Assembly: GCA_046543235.1 (NCBI GenBank)
Contig: JBKGZT010000044.1
Location: forward strand, 1-11,379
DNA length: 11,379 bases
Direction of reading: 5' to 3'
Source of the DNA: Candidatus Acetothermia bacterium
GTDB lineage: Bacteria > Bipolaricaulota > Bipolaricaulia > M55B111
Below are positions 1 to 6,609 of the stretch, piece after piece; positions within the stretch are counted from its first letter, which is position 1, and the number at the start of each line of letters is the position of its first letter. The notes beneath the pieces are model-generated. The model was not told the DNA's origin, searched no databases, and saw only the letters and a program-made list of their open reading frames with translations. The position numbers and the translations under genes are program-made.

Positions 1-43
1 TTTTACACACAAAGTGCTACACTATGTACGGAGGTGGGCCAAT

Positions 44-72
44 TTGACAGGAAAGAACCTGAGTTTTATAAA
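44..72 (+). promoter_or_regulatory. Putative sigma70 promoter for the aminotransferase-pckA unit
   Basis: TTGACA (44-49), 17-nt spacer, TATAAA (67-72). The -35 is perfect and the -10 matches 5/6. A second possible extended -10 (TGcTACACT) lies at 15-23. Confidence 0.55.
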
Positions 73-278
73 TTACGGAAAAGCAGGTGGCACTTGTTCG
101 GCTGGTTGTCCCTGGGAACGTGATCTTGAGTGCCAAAGCGGTGACTGTCGTGGAGTGAGGGCTTTCGATGGATGGGGGGAAAGAAAGACGGAATCCGGGG
201 TTGCTTGATGATTGTCCCCTTTTGAGGTAGTCTACTGACCCGGGATTTCCCAAAAGCTTCTGGGTTTAACGTGAAAAC

Positions 279-1379
279 ATGAAAAAGAATAAAACAGCAG
301 AAGAGACGATTTATTTTAACCGCGGTATACCCTCGGAAGAATCCCTCCCCTATGATGCACTGACCCGTGTTTTCCCTCAGTTGCTAGAAGATCCCGAAAA
401 GGGCCTCCTCCGGTACGGTAACTCAACCGGTTATCCTCCCTTAAAGAGGGCCCTGTCAGAAAATTATTCGGAAGCTTCCGAGGAGAACCTCCTCATCGGA
501 AACGGATCTTTACAGCTGCTCGACCTGATTGCTTCCCATTACCTGAGCCCCGGGGATACCGTGATCGTCGAAAATCCTACCTACGACAGGGCGCTTACCA
601 TTTTCGAGCGAGCCGGGCTGGAAGTTGCGGGAGTAGAACTCGAGGAAGACGGGCTAAACCTGGAAGAACTGGAGGACGTGGCGAGGAGCCGTAGCCCGGA
701 TCTCCTTTACGTGATTCCGGATTTTCAAAACCCGACGGGAACTACTACCGGAAAGTATAAACGGGGCCGGATCGTGGAGTTGGCCGAGGGTTTTGACTTT
801 ACCGTAATCGAGGATTCGCCTTATCGGCATCTGCGGTACAGGGGAGAGACGCTCCCGACGATAAGGGAACTTGGTCCGGATTCTACAATCCAGGTGTCTT
901 CCTTTAGCAAGTTGATTAGCCCGGGAATCCGCGTGGGCTGGCTCGTCTCGGACCCGGGTACTGTAAGTAAGCTAGGGGGATACGCCGAGGATACATATAT
1001 ATCTCCGAATCAGCTTAGCCAGGGAATAGTTGAAAGTTTGATCACGGAAGGCTGGTTTTCGGACAGAATAGACGAGCTAATTGATCTTTATCGGCCCAGG
1101 TTGGAGGCGACGCTCAAAAGCCTGGAAAGGTTCTTTCCGGAAGCGGACTGGGTCGAGGTCGAAGGTGGGTTTTTCGTCGGCCTCTGGCTACCCGAGTCGG
1201 CCCGGGCCGATATGTTTTACGAGAAGATCGAGGAGAAGGGGCTAGTGCTTTCCTCCCCGGAGGGGTTTTTCCCAAATGAGGGGGGTGAGAACTTCGTCAG
1301 GCTTCCCTTCCCGGCACTCAAGCCGGCTGAAATCGAAAAGGGGGTAAAGAGGATGGCGGAAGCCTGGAGCGAACTCTGA
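279..1379 (+). CDS. PLP-dependent aminotransferase, class I/II (LysN/ARO8-like; substrate not determinable)
   Basis: 366 aa with fold-type-I motifs: YGNSTGY, ENPTY, PDFQNPTG, EDSPY, SSFSKLISPGIRVGW (PLP lysine) and C-terminal VRLPF (carboxylate-binding Arg). There is no N-terminal wHTH, so it is not a MocR regulator. No clear SD sequence. Confidence 0.93.
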   Translation: MKKNKTAEETIYFNRGIPSEESLPYDALTRVFPQLLEDPEKGLLRYGNSTGYPPLKRALSENYSEASEENLLIGNGSLQLLDLIASHYLSPGDTVIVENPTYDRALTIFERAGLEVAGVELEEDGLNLEELEDVARSRSPDLLYVIPDFQNPTGTTTGKYKRGRIVELAEGFDFTVIEDSPYRHLRYRGETLPTIRELGPDSTIQVSSFSKLISPGIRVGWLVSDPGTVSKLGGYAEDTYISPNQLSQGIVESLITEGWFSDRIDELIDLYRPRLEATLKSLERFFPEADWVEVEGGFFVGLWLPESARADMFYEKIEEKGLVLSSPEGFFPNEGGENFVRLPFPALKPAEIEKGVKRMAEAWSEL

Positions 1380-1405
1380 TTCTCTGAACTAAAAGGAGGG
1401 GGGTT

Positions 1406-3049
1406 ATGAGCATCAAGGAGGGGTTAGAAGAAGTACTTGAGGGCAGTTCCGACCTGAAACGAAATCCGCCGCGGGCCGAACTGATCGATTTATCGGTCCA
1501 AAGGGGCGAAGCTTTCGTGAGCGAAAACGGTGCCCTCGCCACCTGGACGCCGCCTGAATCAACCGGGAGAAGTCCGGAAGACACGGTTATAGTGGGGCGA
1601 GAGGAAGTAAAGGATAGTATCGACTGGAGCTCTCCAAATAACATACCGCTTGAGCCCGAAGTCTTTGACATCGTCTACCGGGATTGCCTGGAAAGGCTCC
1701 ACCGAAAAGAAACTCTCTACCTGACGGACAGGGTTATCGGAGCCGATTCTTCATACGCGTTACCGACGAGGACCGTAACGGATAGGGCTCTGACTGCGCT
1801 CTTCACCTTAAACATGTTTCGCCCCCGACCGGACGACCTGGATAAAAGCGTCTTCGGGGACCGCCGGTTTGACTTGGTGGTTCTCCCCGACGACAAACTG
1901 GAGCGCGATAGGTACGAGGGAAAGCTGAGGGAGAAGCCGGATGGTCGGACGTCCAGGATGATCGTGGCCACCGACTTCGAGAACTTACTGGGAATAATTG
2001 TAGGTTCGGCCTATCTCGGAACGGTTAAAAAGCTCATGTTTACGGCGATGAATTACCTGTTGCCGGAAGAGGAGGTCCTGCCGCTTCACGCTTCTGCTAG
2101 CGTGGGCGAGGAGGGGGATCCGGCCTTGTTACTGGGTCTGTCCGGAACTGGAAAAACGACCCTTTCAGCCGATCCGAACCGTGCTCTTCTGGGGGACGAC
2201 GAGCATGGATGGGGAAAGAGCGGTATCGCTAACTTCGAAAACGGATGCTATGCAAAGCTGATAGGGCTGGATCGGCAGGAGGAACCGGAAATATGGGATG
2301 CGGTAAACCACGAGGACGAGTATCGAAATCACGGGGCGATCGTGGAGAACGCTCTCATGTATCCCAGCGGGAAGTTTGACTTCCAGGACGATAGGTTGAC
2401 CAGAAATTCCCGGGGTTCTTTCCCTCTGGACTATCTTTCCAACGTAGAACCTTCTTCTACGGCCGGCCACCCCGAGACGATTCTTTTTTTGACCGCCGAC
2501 GCCAACGGCGTACTGCCACCCCTTTCGAAACTCGACAGGAACCAGGCCATGCTCTGGTTCTTAATGGGATATACCAGCAAGATTCCCGGTACGGAGACGG
2601 GACTGACCGAGCCGAAGGCCGTATTCTCGCGTTTTTTCGGAGGGCCCTTCATGCCTCGCGAACCGGACGAATACGCCAGGGCGCTTGGCGAGAAGATGGA
2701 TAAACACGATACCGATGTATATCTTATCAATACCGGCTGGACCGGTGGCCCTTACGGGGAGGGACAAAGAATCGATCTTTCCTATACGAGGGCAATGGTC
2801 GAAGCCGCTCTGGAAGGAGAGCTGGAGGGTTGGGACGAGGACGGTACGGGCCCGTTTCACCTGAGGCGGCCCGATAGCTGTCCGAGAGTTCCGGACGAGC
2901 TGCTCGATCCAAGGCGGACGTGGGACGAACCGGAAGAACACGACGAACGGGCTGAGGAACTCGCCCGGGAGTTCTCGAACTACTTCGACGAGGCTTACGG
3001 CGATAAGGATATAGATGAAGAAATCGTTGGAAAGTGTCCCGGAAAATAG
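1406..3049 (+). CDS. pckA: Phosphoenolpyruvate carboxykinase (ATP-type)
   Basis: 547 aa. Motifs: TGRSPED, AYLGTVKK, LPLHASA, P-loop GLSGTGKTTLS, LLGDDEHGW, NFENGCYAK, TRNSR, FLTADANGVLPP, FLMGYTSK..GTE, VYLINTGWTGGPYGEGQRI. Strong SD AAGGAGG at 1393-1399. Confidence 0.97.
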   Translation: MSIKEGLEEVLEGSSDLKRNPPRAELIDLSVQRGEAFVSENGALATWTPPESTGRSPEDTVIVGREEVKDSIDWSSPNNIPLEPEVFDIVYRDCLERLHRKETLYLTDRVIGADSSYALPTRTVTDRALTALFTLNMFRPRPDDLDKSVFGDRRFDLVVLPDDKLERDRYEGKLREKPDGRTSRMIVATDFENLLGIIVGSAYLGTVKKLMFTAMNYLLPEEEVLPLHASASVGEEGDPALLLGLSGTGKTTLSADPNRALLGDDEHGWGKSGIANFENGCYAKLIGLDRQEEPEIWDAVNHEDEYRNHGAIVENALMYPSGKFDFQDDRLTRNSRGSFPLDYLSNVEPSSTAGHPETILFLTADANGVLPPLSKLDRNQAMLWFLMGYTSKIPGTETGLTEPKAVFSRFFGGPFMPREPDEYARALGEKMDKHDTDVYLINTGWTGGPYGEGQRIDLSYTRAMVEAALEGELEGWDEDGTGPFHLRRPDSCPRVPDELLDPRRTWDEPEEHDERAEELAREFSNYFDEAYGDKDIDEEIVGKCPGK

Positions 3050-3069
3050 GTGCGCTTATTTGTTTTACA

Positions 3070-3098
3070 TTGCACTGTGATTCCGGTAACAATATTAT
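3070..3098 (+). promoter_or_regulatory. Putative sigma70 promoter of gdh with a dyad operator in the spacer
   Basis: TTGCAC (3070-3075), 17-nt spacer, TATTAT (3093-3098) in the AT-rich pckA-gdh gap. The spacer contains TGTGA-N6-TAACA (3076-3091). Confidence 0.65.
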
Positions 3099-3132
3099 AG
3101 CTAGAGATCTAACTCCAAGAGGGGGAAATAAA

Positions 3133-4398
3133 ATGAGTGAAGTCAACCCATTTGAAACGGCCCAGCAACAGCTTGATAAGGCGGCCGAGGCGCTCGATCT
3201 TGACGAGTCAGTCCACCAGGCACTTAGGGAGCCGATGAGAACTTTCGTGGTTAATTTTCAGGTAAAGATGGATGACGGTATTTCGAGGACATTCAAGGGT
3301 TACAGGGTCCAGTACAACGACGCACTCGGACCGACGAAAGGGGGTCTGAGGTTTCATCCGGATGAGACACTAGATACTGTCAAAGCCCTGGCTGCATGGA
3401 TGACATGGAAGACGGCCGTGGCGGATATACCGTATGGAGGGGGAAAAGGTGGAGTAGTTTGTGACCCGACCCAGCTGTCGGAGGACGAGATGGAAAGGAT
3501 ATCCAGGTCGTACGTCTGCGCGGTATCCGACTTTATCGGCCCGGAGAAGGATATTCCCGCACCCGACGTTTATACTACCTCACAGACAATGGCCTGGATG
3601 ATGGACGAGTTCAGCAAGATCAAGGGGGTTAACGCTCCGGATGTTATAACCGGGAAGCCAGTTGGTATAGGTGGATCTCTCGGACGGGGAGACGCTACTG
3701 CTCGGGGGGTTATCTATAACATAAGGGAGGCTGCCAAGGAACTGGGAATGAACCTGGACGGGACGAAAATTGCCATTCAGGGTTACGGGAACGTCGGTTC
3801 CCATGCTCACCGGCTGGCAGAAGAGCAGCTGGGAGCCAAGGTGGTAGCAATTGGAGATGCCGAGGGGGCTATATATTCCGAGGACGGGTTGGAGTACGAA
3901 AATATTTCCAGACACATGAAGGAGCACGGGGTTTTTGCCAAGGACATAGAGGGAACGGAGTACCTGGGAGACGGGCAGAAGGGAAATGCCGAGTTATTGG
4001 AACTACCCGTGGATATATTGATTCCGGCCGCCATTGAAAACGTCCTGACGGAGGAAAACGCGGACAAAGTCAAGGCCGACGTACTTGCGGAAGCGGCAAA
4101 TGGCCCTACCACCCCCGAGGCGGACGATATACTGACGGAGAACGATATTTACATAATCCCCGACTTTCTCTGTAACGCGGGTGGTGTCACCGTCTCATAC
4201 TTCGAGTGGGTACAGAACAGGAATAGGTACTATTGGTCCGAAGCAGAGGTTTACGAACGTCTGGACAAGAAAATGACAAAGGCATTCAAGCACGTCCATT
4301 CAAAGGCCCGGGACGAGGGAGTAGACAACAGAACAGCTGCCTATATGGTAGCCATAGAGAAGATCGCCGAAGCAATGAAATTGAGGGGATGGGTCTAG
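3133..4398 (+). CDS. gdhA: Glu/Leu/Phe/Val dehydrogenase family, glutamate dehydrogenase (cofactor not determined)
   Basis: 421 aa from ATG 3133 (MSEVNPFE), preceded by AAGAGGGGG. Motifs: GPTKGGLRFHP, MTWK, PYGGGKGG, DIPAPDV, ITGKP..GGSLGR..ATARG, Rossmann IQGYGNVG, EAANGP, PDFLCNAGGVTVSYFEWVQN. The ORF-track start at 3034 overlaps pckA and the promoter and is unlikely. Confidence 0.96.
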   Translation: MSEVNPFETAQQQLDKAAEALDLDESVHQALREPMRTFVVNFQVKMDDGISRTFKGYRVQYNDALGPTKGGLRFHPDETLDTVKALAAWMTWKTAVADIPYGGGKGGVVCDPTQLSEDEMERISRSYVCAVSDFIGPEKDIPAPDVYTTSQTMAWMMDEFSKIKGVNAPDVITGKPVGIGGSLGRGDATARGVIYNIREAAKELGMNLDGTKIAIQGYGNVGSHAHRLAEEQLGAKVVAIGDAEGAIYSEDGLEYENISRHMKEHGVFAKDIEGTEYLGDGQKGNAELLELPVDILIPAAIENVLTEENADKVKADVLAEAANGPTTPEADDILTENDIYIIPDFLCNAGGVTVSYFEWVQNRNRYYWSEAEVYERLDKKMTKAFKHVHSKARDEGVDNRTAAYMVAIEKIAEAMKLRGWV

Positions 4399-4427
4399 AG
4401 CGGTAGTTGATAGAGCTTGAGGTTTTT

Positions 4428-4460
4428 AAAAGGGGGCGGAATCGTATCCCGCCCCCTTTT
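4428..4460. terminator. Bidirectional rho-independent terminator
   Basis: Perfect 12-bp inverted repeat AAAAGGGGGCGG (4428-4439) / CCGCCCCCTTTT (4449-4460) with a 9-nt loop. It is T-rich on both strands and lies between two convergent stop codons. Confidence 0.9.
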
Positions 4461-4493
4461 CTCTTAAATTTTAGCGTACTTGTCTTAAATGAA

Positions 4494-6281
4494 TTAATCT
4501 GTATTGGAGTCGCTATTCTGAAGGAGTTCCAGGAGTTCCCTTGCTGCCTTTTGGGGTCCTTCCGTTTCCATTCCAGTTATCCCCAGCCTCGTCCGGAGCT
4601 GCCCGACGAATACGTCGTTCTCGTAGAACTGGTCGAAGAACCTTTTTGCCAGCTCGTCGTGCTTTTCCTTGAACTGGGGAGGTCCGAACGGGTTTGCAAA
4701 GTAAGTATGGCTTAACCCTTTCTCCGTGGTCGTCCCTTTGGACATTCTGGCGCCTTCGCTGAATACGGAAATCGCTTCTTCCGGAGATTCCAGCCGTTCT
4801 ATGATCGGGTGTTCGGAGTCGACCTCTTCGTAGTTGTTGGCGTAGAAGAAGTAGTCAATTGGGACACCTTCCAGAACTTTCTCTATCGGTGCTACCGGCA
4901 TCAAGGCTCTGGCGTTCGTCTTCTGAGGGCTCATAAAGATGGACCGGTCCAACTGACTGAAGGCATAGCCTTTTTGCAAATCGTCAAGCCGGACGAAGGC
5001 GCCCGTTTCCGTACCGTAACCCAGTACGGACCCGGACTCGTCGATTCCCAGCGAACCCATGTCGTCACAGATTATCTCCGTCTCCTGGATCAGGTCCTTG
5101 CCGATGACACGAAATGCTTCAAGGGTTTCCGACTTTCCTGCCCCGGAACCTCCCATAACTGCCACCGTCACCGGCTCCAAACCTTTTATGAAGATCCTGG
5201 TCATGGCGCCGTGGAGGGGAAGTCGACCTTTGTCCATGGCGATGGTATTGTGAAGCGTCAGCATCAATTTCTTTACGTAACCAAAGTAACCGAACCTCGG
5301 CTCCCTCGGTAGTGCACCGTAAAGCAGGCCGTTTTCTTCGTCGCGGTAAAATACGGTGGGGAGGTCTCCGTATCCCTCCATGTCCCCGGGATCTAGACCG
5401 TAAGCGTAGACCGCGTCCGGCTTTTCTTTCAGCTCGTCCCCGGTGGCAAGCTCGAAGAGATTGGCTAACGATGTTCCCAGATCCGTGAAGTCCTGGTGGA
5501 AAAAGACGTCGATTCGTAGATCACCGACCTTGGCCGGGTAGCAGAGCCAATCCTGAGGGTTGACTTCGGAGCCCGCAATCGGGTTGTCTTCGGCCTCCTT
5601 GAACCTGCCCGTTCTCTTGTTCATCGGGGGATCAATCACGAAAGGAGGTTCGATAGTTACCTGTTCAATCACCGGTACCTGTCCGAACTTTTTTTTGATC
5701 GGTTCGGGGTAGTTGAACTCTTTTTTATCCACTGCGAGCCCGACCTCGAAACCTGCGGAGACCTGGCGGTAAACAATCGGATGCGTCCTGGTTATGTTTT
5801 CGGCGATGGAACGGTAGGTGGACCTGACCAGTTCCGTTAATTCGTCCAGCTCCTCGTTAAACTGAAGGTATGGTCTCGTCCCTTCTTCAGTTGAGCCGAA
5901 GCCGGTCCACTTTACGATAAATCTAGTATAGTCCCGCCAGAAGTCGTAGAGCCTTTCGATAAACTGGTGAAACTTCTCCCGTTTTTCCAATATTTCTTCT
6001 CCCAGCTCGGAGCTCGGCCCGGCCTCTTCCAGGGGTTGATCAAGGAGTTTAATTAATAAGGGGTGCAAACGTTCGGCTATCGTGGGGGGAGGCTGGGAAG
6101 CGAGCTTCTCGGGAAGTATATTCAACAACCTCGAGTCCTTATCCTGCAGCTTCTCTATGAATTTCAGGATTACCCGACGAGCGGGATTGCTTTGAAGTAA
6201 CTCTTTTTCCGTTTGACAGGGCTGTTCTCTTACGTTGAGGATTGCCTGATTTCTTGCCCAGGTGAGCCTGTTGGTTTGCAT
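4494..6281 (-). CDS. Atypical PEP-carboxykinase-like P-loop protein (PEPCK/HPrK superfamily) with N-terminal extension
   Basis: 595 aa with SD GGAGGTGA (6285-6292, minus strand). Colinear PEPCK motifs: NKRTG (R223), GYFGYVKK (Y332, K337, K338), LPLHGA (H357), GGSGAGKSET (K383), ICDD (D406/D407), GTETGAFVRL, KTNAR (R458), NPFGPP. Confidence 0.8.
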   Translation of the reverse strand: MQTNRLTWARNQAILNVREQPCQTEKELLQSNPARRVILKFIEKLQDKDSRLLNILPEKLASQPPPTIAERLHPLLIKLLDQPLEEAGPSSELGEEILEKREKFHQFIERLYDFWRDYTRFIVKWTGFGSTEEGTRPYLQFNEELDELTELVRSTYRSIAENITRTHPIVYRQVSAGFEVGLAVDKKEFNYPEPIKKKFGQVPVIEQVTIEPPFVIDPPMNKRTGRFKEAEDNPIAGSEVNPQDWLCYPAKVGDLRIDVFFHQDFTDLGTSLANLFELATGDELKEKPDAVYAYGLDPGDMEGYGDLPTVFYRDEENGLLYGALPREPRFGYFGYVKKLMLTLHNTIAMDKGRLPLHGAMTRIFIKGLEPVTVAVMGGSGAGKSETLEAFRVIGKDLIQETEIICDDMGSLGIDESGSVLGYGTETGAFVRLDDLQKGYAFSQLDRSIFMSPQKTNARALMPVAPIEKVLEGVPIDYFFYANNYEEVDSEHPIIERLESPEEAISVFSEGARMSKGTTTEKGLSHTYFANPFGPPQFKEKHDELAKRFFDQFYENDVFVGQLRTRLGITGMETEGPQKAARELLELLQNSDSNTD

Positions 6282-6472
6282 TGTTCACCTCCAGGGTGAA
6301 TATCTTCTGGTTATTTGGACTTTTTAGGAAGTAAAAGTTGGACTGTAGGGGAAAGGGAGACTAAAGGGGAGAAGTGCCCCCCGTATTATTTGCAATGTGC
6401 CTGAATGACAAGTGTAAATGATAACTTTTAAAAAGCTTCAAGGTTTTTAAAACTCCCTGTTAAAATCAAAAC

Positions 6473-6502
6473 ATTATAATGATTGACGGGTTATAAAGTC
6501 AA
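6473..6502 (-). promoter_or_regulatory. Putative sigma70 promoter of the PEPCK-like gene
   Basis: On the minus strand: TTGACT (6502-6497), 18-nt spacer, TATAAT (6478-6473). This implies a ~185-nt 5' UTR. Confidence 0.6.
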
Positions 6503-6577
6503 GAACATTTTCCGGAAGGGTGAGGTATACCCTGTCAATAACCCAGCACCAAGCTGTTAAAACCGCCACGATGTTAC

Positions 6578-6602
6578 TATAATCCAGTAATGACGAGGAG
6601 GG
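6578..6602 (+). promoter_or_regulatory. Putative -10 box and Shine-Dalgarno of the amidohydrolase gene
   Basis: Perfect TATAAT at 6578-6583 with only a weak -35, and GAGGAGGG at 6595-6602. Confidence 0.6.
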
Positions 6603-6609
6603 ATAAATC

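Noticed and set aside
80-96. AAAGCAGGTGGCACTT resembles a T-box antiterminator (GGTGGNACC)
   Set aside because: The final conserved C is missing, there is no room for or sign of Stem I after the promoter, and no adjacent terminator.
88-103. TGGCAC-N5-CGGC possible sigma54 promoter
   Set aside because: The GG-N10-GC spacing holds, but the -12 box lacks TT, and TGGCAC is equally explained as one arm of an inverted repeat.
14-253. Short ORFs 14..208 (+) and 17..253 (-)
   Set aside because: No recognisable motifs or SD, non-ATG starts, and both overlap predicted promoter and leader elements.
3034-3132. 33-aa N-terminal extension of GDH in the ORF track
   Set aside because: It overlaps the pckA end and the gdh promoter. 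The SD and family N-terminus point to ATG 3133.
4407-4715. 102-aa + strand ORF after gdh
   Set aside because: It runs through the terminator and antisense to the PEPCK-like gene, with no motifs.
5689-5696. T8 homopolymer (A8 on the coding strand), also T7 at 2484-2490, as phase-variation or frameshift sites
   Set aside because: The reading frames are intact with conserved motifs on both sides, and the runs simply encode Lys-Lys-Lys and Leu-Phe-Leu.
4494-6281. Calling the 595-aa protein HPr kinase or a recent pckA duplicate
   Set aside because: It is about twice HPrK size and carries the PEPCK-specific R and YxGxxKK elements. Similarity to the neighbouring pckA is limited to short motifs with no visible DNA-level repeat.
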